A stretch of 64,000 nt of DNA, from sequence record JN849462.1, one strand, 5' to 3'. The notes beneath the pieces are model-generated. The model did no database searches. It had not been told where the DNA came from and worked only from the letters and a program-made list of their open reading frames with translations. This document shows, piece by piece, positions 36,300-45,481 of the stretch (positions within the stretch are counted from its first letter, which is position 1; each line of letters starts with the position of its first letter). The position numbers were made by a program, and so were the translations under genes.

Positions 36300-36561
36300 A
36301 TCATGTCACTAACAGCTATGCTTCTGATATTACTATGCTGTGCAATACTAACTGGCATTAGTGTATTCAGCTTCATCAACAAACCAGGAATTTTTAGCTT
36401 ACTGTTCTCATTCGTATTCGGCACAGTATCTTATATCATGCTAATGGCTATCGTATGAACGCAATGCTAATGATGCAAATCTATCTCTAATGATATTCGG
36501 CATCGCGCTACTCGTGCTCGGCAATATCACTATATGGTATATTAAACGTAGAGAGAAAACT

Positions 36562-36786
36562 ATGACACAAACAACTCAAACAATCCGCGCTGTCTGTATC
36601 GACAATCAATCAACTCGTATAGACAAACCAGAACCACCTACTGGCTTGACAGTAGGCAAAGAGTATGTCGTTCACATGTATAACGTAAACGAACATATCA
36701 ACAAACCACCTATGATTCGTATCACTAATGACGACAATAAACGCGCTAGTTATGTCGCTGCACGCTTTAAACTAATCATTCAATAG
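36562..36786 (+). CDS. hypothetical protein
   Basis: GAGAG RBS; LTVGKEY motif. Confidence 0.7.
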   Translation: MTQTTQTIRAVCIDNQSTRIDKPEPPTGLTVGKEYVVHMYNVNEHINKPPMIRITNDDNKRASYVAARFKLIIQ

Positions 36787-36795
36787 GAAATCATT

Positions 36796-37335
36796 ATGAA
36801 ATTAGTCACTACTACTCGTACAAAACATTATGTAAAGAACTTCGACTACATTCGTATGAAATCAGGCGAGAAATGCCGCATCGGTCATGTCGTACGTACG
36901 TTCAGCCCTAAAACAAAAGAACCTATGTTCATCATAGAAGACCAATATTCAGGTCACACAACTCAAATCAAAAACACTATGTGGGACTATGCTATTAGCT
37001 TAAACGATGAATGGCACAAAGTACATTTCCATTGGCACGACCGTGATGTGAACGAATCAAATGTTCTAGTATACTACAAAACAAAAGAAACAGTAGATGA
37101 ACTCAGTGTAGGCGATGTGCTTCAACTACGCACACGTAGATTCAAAAATAAAGATTACCAATACAGTGATGAACTATATGACGCGACAATCGTACTAATG
37201 AATCGCCACCAACTAGTCGTAAGCGTGTCTGGCAAGTTCGTGACGTTCGACACCACAAGCTTCCAATATGATAGCTATACTGCGGATATAGACGGCAAGT
37301 TTGTTTTAGATAGTGGCTGTTCACTGCGTGCGTAA
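36796..37335 (+). CDS. hypothetical protein, paralog of 38171-38776
   Basis: Shared ELSVGD...DATIV..VSGKFVTF segment. Confidence 0.8.
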   Translation: MKLVTTTRTKHYVKNFDYIRMKSGEKCRIGHVVRTFSPKTKEPMFIIEDQYSGHTTQIKNTMWDYAISLNDEWHKVHFHWHDRDVNESNVLVYYKTKETVDELSVGDVLQLRTRRFKNKDYQYSDELYDATIVLMNRHQLVVSVSGKFVTFDTTSFQYDSYTADIDGKFVLDSGCSLRA

Positions 37336-37850
37336 AACCGCTTAGAATCGCGCTCAGAGCGTGTCAGAGCATAGTACAACATTGATTGTTTTTGAAATAA
37401 CGCACCATGCCTCGTTTAAATCAACTTGGTAAGGAAAACCGTGTAAAAAGCCATGTGGTAAGATACGGTAAGTTATTGAAATGCGTTTGGAAATACACGA
37501 TTTTAATCAGTTGAAAGACTATGCTGCAACACGTGTGTAATATAGTGAAAAATCGGTGAACCCTCATCGGCTCCTGTGTAGTAAAATGCAGTCGCGGATG
37601 GTACTCACCTTATGAAAATCTAAATCGCTTCGCATCTTTCTGCTTGACAGCCAATGCCATGTTGTGAGAGAATGAGAAGAGATTTGAACCGCCGACGGAG
37701 GTAATTGTGATTACATTGGCGTTATTTTATATGAGTCGCGACATGCAATACAGTGAGCGACCAAGTGACTTGTATCTCGGTACATGTATTTTAGACTTTG
37801 CATTAATCATTACGTTGTTCTGTGGTGTAATGATGTTCACGGGGAATTGG
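37336..37850. other. non-coding gap, candidate replication origin
   Basis: Largest intergenic gap in the window; G/C skew inverts across it. Confidence 0.55.
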
Positions 37851-37852
37851 TA

Positions 37853-38161
37853 ATGAGACGATTTAAACTTGGTAATCTCTTACGCGGTGGTTTTGCTGGT
37901 GATTTTGAGACGATAGAAGAAGCATGGGAGAAGCTTGGTTCACGCTTTCTACTGTCATTTCCGTGTGATGCATGGTCAAAAGAGCGTGGTGTTTACATCA
38001 ATGAAGACGGCGGTCGGCATGTTTACATGTATGTAAAAGAAGAGAACAAGTATGGTCAGCTTGATTGGGCTATGTGTAAAGCTGATGTGTTTTATATGAA
38101 AGACCGTGTGCCGGTTACTGCTGACGATTATGAATACTGTCGTGATGCTGAATTTTTCTAA
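37853..38161 (+). CDS. hypothetical protein
   Basis: GGGG RBS-like; start moved to ATG 37853. Confidence 0.7.
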   Translation: MRRFKLGNLLRGGFAGDFETIEEAWEKLGSRFLLSFPCDAWSKERGVYINEDGGRHVYMYVKEENKYGQLDWAMCKADVFYMKDRVPVTADDYEYCRDAEFF

Positions 38162-38170
38162 GGGTTAAAG

Positions 38171-38776
38171 ATGAAAAGAGTTGAGTTACACAAGAAAGTG
38201 GTAGACAAGCAAGCTGTTCTTCCAGATCATTCTCATGTGCAAGTTGAGACGTATTACCACACGTACAAGGGTTACATGAATTATCTAACTGGTTTGCGTG
38301 GTGTAGATGGTGATCAGTATCTGCTTGTTACAGATGATGGTCGTTTTGTTCGAGTAGAAGAGAAGCATCTAAACGGTCAAGAGCAGAAACAGCGCAAGAT
38401 CAGTGGTGGTTTAATTGATGTACGAGCGCGTTTGCAACTGCCAGCGAAAGATTGGGATTGGTATGACTGTATCTGGCGTAATGGTAAGATTGTTTACAAG
38501 TACCGCGAGACAGATTTCGTTACTGAAGAACACGAGTTAGTGGTTGGTGAGATAGTAGACATTTACGAGTCTAACGACTTTAATGGTGATTATCCGCATG
38601 ATGCTACAGTGGTGTTATCTAGACCGAAGCAAATGGTACTTGAAGCATATGGTAAACTAGTAGTGTTTACAGTGCCGAAAGAGCCATGTGGTGATAGTTT
38701 AGTCTCTGATTGTGGTGATTATCGTATTGCTGGTAATTACGCCGCGAGTGAATACGACGAAGAACTGCATTCGTAA
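38171..38776 (+). CDS. hypothetical protein, paralog of 36796-37335
   Basis: ELVVGE...DATVV..AYGKLVVF segment. Confidence 0.8.
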   Translation: MKRVELHKKVVDKQAVLPDHSHVQVETYYHTYKGYMNYLTGLRGVDGDQYLLVTDDGRFVRVEEKHLNGQEQKQRKISGGLIDVRARLQLPAKDWDWYDCIWRNGKIVYKYRETDFVTEEHELVVGEIVDIYESNDFNGDYPHDATVVLSRPKQMVLEAYGKLVVFTVPKEPCGDSLVSDCGDYRIAGNYAASEYDEELHS

Positions 38777-38783
38777 TTGAAGA

Positions 38784-38859
38784 AAAGGGTTGACGCTTGT
38801 CAGCCCTTTCTTGTATTATCTCTATATCGAAACGACATCGACTAACTAGAGAGAAAATT
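38784..38859 (+). promoter_or_regulatory. promoter/terminator cassette
   Basis: AAAGGGTTGAC-GCTT-GTCAGCCCTTT, TATTAT, ATCGAAACGA. Confidence 0.85.
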
Positions 38860-39216
38860 ATGTTTAACGCTACTACTGTTCTGAATCAACTAACTGCTTC
38901 AAACCATGGTCATTCACGTCTTGTTGCTATGACTGGTGCTAAGAATATCATGCAATCTGTAGAAAATCGTTTTGTTTCTTTCAAGTTGCCGAAAGCAGTA
39001 CGTGGTATTAACTACGTGAAAATCACTCTGACTGACGCTGATTTGTATGATATTGAGTTTGGTAAGCAATCTAGCAAAGCTTGTCCAGACATGAAAGCAA
39101 TTGGTATTAAAGTGATGATGCCGCATTACGCTCAGAAGAAAGTCGTAAATGGTGTATACAACGACATGCTAAAAGAGATTTTCGAGCAAGAAACTGGTCT
39201 TTATTTGTCACTTTAA
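38860..39216 (+). CDS. hypothetical protein
   Basis: Start at ATTATG 38860. Confidence 0.8.
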   Translation: MFNATTVLNQLTASNHGHSRLVAMTGAKNIMQSVENRFVSFKLPKAVRGINYVKITLTDADLYDIEFGKQSSKACPDMKAIGIKVMMPHYAQKKVVNGVYNDMLKEIFEQETGLYLSL

Positions 39217-39219
39217 GCA

Positions 39220-39292
39220 AAAAGTGGTTGCATGGTGTAGCCACTTACTGTATTATCTCTATATCGAAACGAGATACGAAAGAGAGAACATT
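39220..39292 (+). promoter_or_regulatory. promoter/terminator cassette
   Basis: AAGTGGTTGCAT-GGT-GTAGCCACTT, TATTAT, ATCGAAACGAGATAC. Confidence 0.85.
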
Positions 39293-39466
39293 ATGACTTA
39301 CGCAAACGCTACTAAAATCGACGCAATTGAACTTGTTATGTCAATGACAGAAGACCAGTTCTACGACCTTATTGCAGATTCTAATGCAAATGGCGATTTC
39401 GAGTTTTCTGCAAAAGTCATGAAAGTTCAATCCGACTTACGTCGCGCTGGTAAAATTAACTACTAA
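39293..39466 (+). CDS. small hypothetical protein
   Basis: Start at ATTATG 39293. Confidence 0.7.
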   Translation: MTYANATKIDAIELVMSMTEDQFYDLIADSNANGDFEFSAKVMKVQSDLRRAGKINY

Positions 39467-39490
39467 TTCGCCAAAAAAAGAGAGAAAATT

Positions 39491-39880
39491 ATGCAAAATA
39501 ACAGCGAAATTCGCCGTATAATCAGCGAAAAAGCACTTGAATTACGTCAAAACACTGAGATTTTGAGTGATGACGACTCTTACACGTGTCATATTCTTGA
39601 AGATCACGTTGCTGACACGCTTGGCGAGCATTGTCGCTTAGAAAGTATGCTTCTCATTCATGAGCTAGGTATTGCTTTTTGTAAGCATGTACGCGCTGAG
39701 CCAGAAGCGGTTTTCGGTCGTGAATTGAACCCGACTGTGATTGAATACATCGACGAGATACTTACACACAAGCTTACTGCATTCGTACATAGCATTTCGC
39801 GTGCATTTGGTGATGACGATGGTATTGAGTTTGCAGATGTGCGTAAAGCATGGTTAAAATTCTTGATTAATTCACTATAA
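39491..39880 (+). CDS. hypothetical protein, paralog of 40217-40630
   Basis: AFVHSISRAFG...RKAWLKFL. Confidence 0.8.
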   Translation: MQNNSEIRRIISEKALELRQNTEILSDDDSYTCHILEDHVADTLGEHCRLESMLLIHELGIAFCKHVRAEPEAVFGRELNPTVIEYIDEILTHKLTAFVHSISRAFGDDDGIEFADVRKAWLKFLINSL

Positions 39881-39885
39881 AATGC

Positions 39886-39956
39886 AAAAAGTGGTTGCGT
39901 GCTGTAGCCACTTTCTGTATTATCTCTATATCGAAACGAGATACAGAGAGAACATT
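39886..39956 (+). promoter_or_regulatory. promoter/terminator cassette
   Basis: AAAGTGGTTGC...GTAGCCACTTT, TATTAT, ATCGAAACGAGATAC. Confidence 0.85.
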
Positions 39957-40205
39957 ATGAACTTAATCACACGCAGCAAAATCAATCACGATTCACTTTG
40001 GCTTAAAATCATTGCTTCTGACAAGAGCGAAGTAAAGCTATTCATCGGTCGTACTGGTGTAAAAATCAGTCACAAAACGACTGCTGCTTCAGCTACTGTT
40101 ATTCGTGAAGTTGCGAACAACGTAAACAAAATGTTCAATGAGCTATACAAGAGTGGTTTGCCTTACGGTCAAATCATTGAGAAAATCGAAGCCGCTTACA
40201 AATAA
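39957..40205 (+). CDS. small hypothetical protein
   Basis: Start at ATTATG 39957. Confidence 0.75.
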   Translation: MNLITRSKINHDSLWLKIIASDKSEVKLFIGRTGVKISHKTTAASATVIREVANNVNKMFNELYKSGLPYGQIIEKIEAAYK

Positions 40206-40216
40206 GGGATAAAAAT

Positions 40217-40630
40217 ATGTCTTACAATGTCGTGCCAGTTATTAAGAAAACAGCTTTAGCCATGTCTGAAGACGATTCACTCTTACGTGACACGTTCGCG
40301 TATAGCTGCTGTGTCGTCTGTGATAAGGCAGCACTTGAAATCGACGATGAATTGCCAGAGAGTGATTATGCCGTAATCTGGACAACTTGCAATCGCTTTG
40401 TTGAAAAAGCAGGTGAAGCGTTCTTGCGTCGAGTAATTGCCGATACCAAGTCTGTCCTTGGCTTTGATATACCGCAATTGGTTAAAAACGAGATTCTAGA
40501 AGATCTTGAATACGATATGGTTGGTGCTTTTGTTCATACACTAGCGCGTTCATACGGGCCGTTGAATGAAGAGCATTTTGTACTTGCTCGTAAAGCATGG
40601 CTGCAATTTTTATCAAAATATGAGGGTTAG
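40217..40630 (+). CDS. hypothetical protein, paralog of 39491-39880
   Basis: AFVHTLARSYG...RKAWLQFL. Confidence 0.8.
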   Translation: MSYNVVPVIKKTALAMSEDDSLLRDTFAYSCCVVCDKAALEIDDELPESDYAVIWTTCNRFVEKAGEAFLRRVIADTKSVLGFDIPQLVKNEILEDLEYDMVGAFVHTLARSYGPLNEEHFVLARKAWLQFLSKYEG

Positions 40631-40632
40631 AA

Positions 40633-40983
40633 ATGACTTTAGCTGAATTAGCAGTAGACCATCCGTATTACTGTGCTGACTGTAATTACTACAGTCGCGA
40701 AGCTGGTGCAACTTACGACACAATGAAAGAGTTTTTAGACGAGTTCGAAGACGCTGACGTTGACTACAACCTTGTTTTTCGTTGGGATGTAAAGCCGATT
40801 TTAGACGATGAACACGACAAGCCAACTGGTGAGTTTTACGCTGAAGTCTTTATCATGCAGCAACGCAAAGGTATTTTCGCGCCGTTTTACATTCGTTCTA
40901 TTACGGAAGATGACGTGCCGCGTTTTGTCGAGTACTTGAAGCCGCATAAAGAACGTCTTGAGCAAATCTGGATGCCGCTATGA
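40633..40983 (+). CDS. hypothetical protein
   Basis: HPYYC...DYNLVFRWD. Confidence 0.8.
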   Translation: MTLAELAVDHPYYCADCNYYSREAGATYDTMKEFLDEFEDADVDYNLVFRWDVKPILDDEHDKPTGEFYAEVFIMQQRKGIFAPFYIRSITEDDVPRFVEYLKPHKERLEQIWMPL

Positions 40984-41228
40984 TTCTGAATATCTTAATG
41001 TGGTACTTCGGGATTGCACTTGTGTACTTTCTTTACTGTGAAGCACACGACTGGATTTTGTACTTCAAGAACGGTCGTCGTGCAGACAACAAGTTCCCGA
41101 TTACACACTCTGGCACTCATACGCTTTATTTGTTTATGGGTTTATTATGGTTCCCTTTGATGTTACTCTTGTTAAAGTGTGAACTTGAACAGCGATTTAA
41201 AATGGTGAAACTATGGCTGAAGAAGTAA
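40980..41228 (+). CDS. small membrane protein
   Basis: Two hydrophobic segments. Confidence 0.7.
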   Translation: MILNILMWYFGIALVYFLYCEAHDWILYFKNGRRADNKFPITHSGTHTLYLFMGLLWFPLMLLLLKCELEQRFKMVKLWLKK

Positions 41229-41524
41229 AAGACTATGACCGCGCTGTTGTCGTGATCAACTATAAGAGTGGTAGAGCCGTTGCGTTTTGGGTTTATTCCT
41301 TTACGCATGAAGAAACGATGCGTGGCGCGTCTGTTGAGTGGCATTCAGCGACCAATCCGCTTGATTCAGAAGAGAGTAATGAACTTCGTGAGCGTTTAGC
41401 ACGTCAGAACATTGCATTGTTAGAAGACCCGGTTAAACTCGCTACCGACGTTTCAGACATTGAAAGCGTATGGGTAGCAGAGCGTTATCTAGGTCAAGAT
41501 GGGGAAATTCCAGAAGATGAGTGA
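41213..41524 (+). CDS. hypothetical protein
   Basis: 103 aa ORF in the operon. Confidence 0.7.
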   Translation: MAEEVKDYDRAVVVINYKSGRAVAFWVYSFTHEETMRGASVEWHSATNPLDSEESNELRERLARQNIALLEDPVKLATDVSDIESVWVAERYLGQDGEIPEDE

Positions 41525-41747
41525 TTTCATTGCAGGTATTGTCGGCGTTTTCGTCGTACTTTTCATGGCAATTGTCGGTCTAGTGTGGTCGATTATTGAG
41601 TTTATCATTGGTGTGCTTGTGCTACTAGGGGCAGTAGTAGTGGGTATTATCGCGACTGTACTAGGCGCTGCAATTGCAACGATTGCATGGCCATTTGTAG
41701 AAGCGCGAAAAGCTTACAAAGAACACCGTCGCAAGAAGAATGATTAA
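41517..41747 (+). CDS. membrane protein
   Basis: Long hydrophobic stretch, basic C-terminus. Confidence 0.7.
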   Translation: MSDFIAGIVGVFVVLFMAIVGLVWSIIEFIIGVLVLLGAVVVGIIATVLGAAIATIAWPFVEARKAYKEHRRKKND

Positions 41748-42060
41748 TCTAAGATCATTGCTTGGCAGAGTCAAACAAGAACGTGATGGCCCCGTAATGG
41801 ATGAATGTCGCTGTACTGTATGTCATAAAGACTTTGCAGTTGCAGATTGCATTCATGATTACGGGCATCATGACGGTTGGGAAATGCCGCCTTATACTGA
41901 AATTCAATGTCCCGAATGTGAATGTGGCGGTTGTATTGAAGATTTCTGGTCGAGCGATAAAGCCGTTCTTGAATATGGTGAATATCTTCAAGAGCACGAA
42001 TCGAGTCGATTTGAAGAATACAAGTCGTATTTCCCAGATGTGTATGGAGAGACAAAATGA
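41740..42060 (+). CDS. Zn-ribbon-like hypothetical protein
   Basis: CTVC...CPECECG. Confidence 0.7.
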   Translation: MINLRSLLGRVKQERDGPVMDECRCTVCHKDFAVADCIHDYGHHDGWEMPPYTEIQCPECECGGCIEDFWSSDKAVLEYGEYLQEHESSRFEEYKSYFPDVYGETK

Positions 42061-42491
42061 TTTACCGTTTCTGGAAAACACCCGATAATATCTGTCTCAT
42101 TGAAATGACAGACGACCATGCCAACGAAGGCACACGAGCTTACATGACCGATATGCATGATCTATACAATGAAAATCATGGTCGTTATATGCTTCTTGGT
42201 AACGTTCATTCTTGGGGTACGATTGACTTCACCACTTACGATATCCGTGAGTTACGTTGTCTCGGTTCGATTGAAACTGAAGAACTGACGCTTTCAGCAC
42301 AAGATAAATCGGTCTTGTCTCGAACGGTTGGTAAAGAAGGGTTCGATTACGCCATGTTGCATTACAGCGATTACCAGTCTGTAGAGTATAATGTCGTCGA
42401 GTCAAGAGAGTTTCACGCGCTGAGAAACAACTTGATTAACGCACGAACTGAACTCGAAACGTGGTTACAGCTACAAGGGATAGTAGAATGA
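42057..42491 (+). CDS. hypothetical protein
   Basis: ATGA overlap. Confidence 0.8.
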   Translation: MIYRFWKTPDNICLIEMTDDHANEGTRAYMTDMHDLYNENHGRYMLLGNVHSWGTIDFTTYDIRELRCLGSIETEELTLSAQDKSVLSRTVGKEGFDYAMLHYSDYQSVEYNVVESREFHALRNNLINARTELETWLQLQGIVE

Positions 42492-42673
42492 ACGTAGGTG
42501 ATGTTGTTAAAGTCACTGCTGCGCCAGCTAGTCGTTATCACAACATCGACGGTCAGCCAGTGACTATAATTGCAATTACTGAACATGACAACAAGCCGTT
42601 GTACGTGTTCTTTCATGGCGGTCAGAACGGCACTGGTTATGGTGCAATGCAAGAACACGGGTTTAAACGATGA
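42488..42673 (+). CDS. hypothetical protein
   Basis: ATGA overlap; MNVGDVVKV. Confidence 0.65.
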   Translation: MNVGDVVKVTAAPASRYHNIDGQPVTIIAITEHDNKPLYVFFHGGQNGTGYGAMQEHGFKR

Positions 42674-42821
42674 ATAAAATGTACGCCGTCCGTTCTTCTC
42701 TATACGGGTTGTTATGGAAAGTCGTTATCTTCGCGAACAACTACGACCGCAGAACCGTTTCATATCATTTCACTTACAACGGGGCTTATGAGCTTTGTCG
42801 TAAGCTAAACGAGGGTAGACA

Positions 42822-43289
42822 ATGATACGAGCACAGCAAGTTTCTCTAGACATTGACCAATGGCTTGAATATGCCTTGCAGAAATTCGAAGACGCTAAAT
42901 CTCAATATCTCAAAGCCGTTGCTACAGCGAATGCATTCTCATGGAAGAAAGAAGAACCAGTTCTGGTGAAAACGTTCTTCATGGAATACGGTGGTGATAG
43001 CGATCCCCGTTATCTGCTTGAGTTTTGGTCTGAAGTCAATGCATATATTGACGAGCACACGAGCGACGACTGGCAGTTTTGCTATATAGAAGAAAACGAG
43101 TATGACGCCAACGATGACCCGTATGAAGATTACGAAATGCTATCGACTTCTATTGCAGTATATGCAACGGTCAAAGGCGATGATTACACGCAGTCTGAAG
43201 AGTATCGAGCATTGAAAGATGACGTTGATCGTTGTCTAGAGCATCTATTAGAATGCAAGGAAAATTTCAAGCGGGAGTTTAACAAATGA
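42822..43289 (+). CDS. hypothetical acidic protein
   Basis: GAGGG RBS. Confidence 0.8.
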   Translation: MIRAQQVSLDIDQWLEYALQKFEDAKSQYLKAVATANAFSWKKEEPVLVKTFFMEYGGDSDPRYLLEFWSEVNAYIDEHTSDDWQFCYIEENEYDANDDPYEDYEMLSTSIAVYATVKGDDYTQSEEYRALKDDVDRCLEHLLECKENFKREFNK

Positions 43290-43612
43290 GCCAAATGGAA
43301 TACAATAAAGGTGTATTGCATCCAACTAGCAAGTCGATTGAAGAACTAGCTGAAGAGCTTGTGACAGATTTACCAAGCTATTACGATTCTAAAGTCGAAT
43401 ATCTCTTGGATAATCATGTCGATTATGGGCTAGTTTTGGTTTGTGACAAGCCTTACACTGTCACTTTTGAAGCCGAACGCGAAGACCTATATCATCTTGC
43501 ACGTGCTGACGTTCAAGAAAACGGTGATATTCATTTCGAGACGTATCACTATAACGGTGGTGCTCATTGGACTGAAGTAGTAGAAGATGCATTACGTGAG
43601 GTTAAGCAATGA
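43286..43612 (+). CDS. hypothetical protein
   Basis: ATGA overlap. Confidence 0.8.
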   Translation: MSQMEYNKGVLHPTSKSIEELAEELVTDLPSYYDSKVEYLLDNHVDYGLVLVCDKPYTVTFEAEREDLYHLARADVQENGDIHFETYHYNGGAHWTEVVEDALREVKQ

Positions 43613-43781
43613 TCATTCTTGAGTTCATTTTTACTCTATTAGCCGCATACGCAGGGAACTACATCGGTCGCTATATCTCGGTGAATAATGGCACATACAC
43701 TAAGCCGAATCCGTTTGCGTTTGAAAATCTCAATCACGAAGTCAATTGGGTATTGGCGATTGTACTAATGGTGATTATCTA

Positions 43782-44366
43782 ATGGCAAAACTTTACTACA
43801 ATTATTCCGCTATGAACGCGGGTAAATCTGCACAGTTGTTACAAGCTGCTCATAACTACGAACAGACTGGTTCTACTGTGTGGTATTTTAACTACTATCA
43901 AGACGACCGTTTTGGTGGTGTTGGGAAGATCTCTAGCCGTATTGGCTTAGAGCATGACGCTGTGCTATACAGTGAAGAGTTCGATTTCATTGACTATGCT
44001 TTATTTGAGCGAGTTCCAGCCGCGATTTTCGTCGATGAATGTCAGTTCCTTACTGAGAAACAAGTACTTCAGCTTGCTACGCTGGTGGATCAGTACAACA
44101 TACCAGTGCTTTGTTACGGTATACGCAATGATTACATGGGTAATTTGTTTGCGGGTTCTGCTGCATTGATGTGTCATGCCGATGAGATTCGCGAAATCAA
44201 AGCTATGTGCTCAGTCGAGGGTTGTCATAAGAAAGCAACTCATATCGGCTTGTACATCGGCGGTGAGCGTGTAACACAAGGTGAACAGACATATATTGGT
44301 GATACTGATTACCGTAGTATGTGTCGTAAGCATTTTCTAAGGGATGCAAATGGACAGAGTACTTGA
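43782..44366 (+). CDS. tk: thymidine kinase
   Basis: YSAMNAGKS, ISSRIG, VDECQFL, LCYG.RND..G.LF.GS..L, C..C, YRSMCRKH. Confidence 0.96.
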   Translation: MAKLYYNYSAMNAGKSAQLLQAAHNYEQTGSTVWYFNYYQDDRFGGVGKISSRIGLEHDAVLYSEEFDFIDYALFERVPAAIFVDECQFLTEKQVLQLATLVDQYNIPVLCYGIRNDYMGNLFAGSAALMCHADEIREIKAMCSVEGCHKKATHIGLYIGGERVTQGEQTYIGDTDYRSMCRKHFLRDANGQST

Positions 44367-44652
44367 ATTGGAGTCGCAGATTGCGGCTCTTCAACGGGAA
44401 TTACAAGACGAGCGTAACCGATGTCGTCATACTCGCGTTACATATGAGTTCAAGTCGAATACGGGTAATTACGATCCGCATTCTGATTGCTACTGGAATG
44501 AAGTGCAGTGCATTGACTGCGGTTCTCGTATGCACTTCGACTCAGATGATGACAATGATAATTATCGCCTTGCTGGTGTAATCGGTTCTGAAGGTAAAGT
44601 TGAGAAACACGATTACGAAACATATTTGAAAGTGAAAAAGGAACTAGAATGA
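44350..44652 (+). CDS. hypothetical protein
   Basis: GYD/Cys-containing ORF overlapping the tk end. Confidence 0.7.
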   Translation: MDRVLELESQIAALQRELQDERNRCRHTRVTYEFKSNTGNYDPHSDCYWNEVQCIDCGSRMHFDSDDDNDNYRLAGVIGSEGKVEKHDYETYLKVKKELE

Positions 44653-44999
44653 AGTACGTACGTTATACTGAATTCAATGACCACGAAGGTGAGACATGGC
44701 ATCGTTTTATCCCGATGACAGATCCGTGTTTAGACAAGTTTCTAGATGTCATGAAGCTAGTTGAAGATGACCCCGAAGAAGCGTATTCGATTGAAGTCGA
44801 TGCCAACGGAAAGCTTGTCCAATACGATGAGTCATACGTAAAAGTGCTAGTGGACGAAGCAGCCATGTATATGAGCGGTTACATGAACATGTATGCCGTA
44901 TGTAATATTAACGAAAAGCTATTCGAATGGGTTGCCGATGTCGATAATGACGTTGAAGCCGTTTGCGAAATGCTATACAAAATGGGGTGGGCGAAATGA
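44649..44999 (+). CDS. hypothetical protein
   Basis: ATGA overlap. Confidence 0.8.
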   Translation: MKYVRYTEFNDHEGETWHRFIPMTDPCLDKFLDVMKLVEDDPEEAYSIEVDANGKLVQYDESYVKVLVDEAAMYMSGYMNMYAVCNINEKLFEWVADVDNDVEAVCEMLYKMGWAK

Positions 45000-45319
45000 G
45001 CCAAGCACTATATGACGCAGTAAAAGCGTACAACGACGAACATGGTTATTCAAACGAGCCAGATTCGATGTACGAGACGTTTGTAGAATGCCTAAGCAAA
45101 CGCATTGTACAAGAAGAAACCGAATCTGAGCATCGTTGGTATGATGTTCGTTCTGTGGTACATGCTGTTGACATCGACGGCGTAGAGCGTTACTTCGCTA
45201 CGTTTGATTATCACATTACTGGTGATAACTGTGCCAGTGACATGGATTTAGACATGCCGACGCTTGATGATGTAACAGAAGTTCATCCGCATCAAGTAAC
45301 CATGACTGTTTACAAGTAA
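44996..45319 (+). CDS. hypothetical acidic protein
   Basis: ATGA overlap. Confidence 0.8.
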   Translation: MSQALYDAVKAYNDEHGYSNEPDSMYETFVECLSKRIVQEETESEHRWYDVRSVVHAVDIDGVERYFATFDYHITGDNCASDMDLDMPTLDDVTEVHPHQVTMTVYK

Positions 45320-45321
45320 CG

Positions 45322-45346
45322 AAAGCCCCTTAATTGGGGCTTTTTT
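45322..45346 (+). terminator. intrinsic terminator (copy 2 of an identical 25-mer)
   Basis: AAAGCCCCTTAATTGGGGCTTTTTT. Confidence 0.88.
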
Positions 45347-45387
45347 AGGTCTGAAGAAAAATAAAAGAAAAAAGTTTAAGTTTTTTG

Positions 45388-45481
45388 CAAAAAGTGGTTG
45401 CATGGCGAATGGTAATTTCCTATTATAGCTACATCGAAACGAGATACACAATCTTAAACGACTTAACTAAGAGAGAACATT
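45388..45481 (+). promoter_or_regulatory. early promoter cassette without internal hairpin
   Basis: GTGGTTGCAT, TATTAT, ATCGAAACGAGATAC, GAGAGAACATTATG. Confidence 0.85.
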
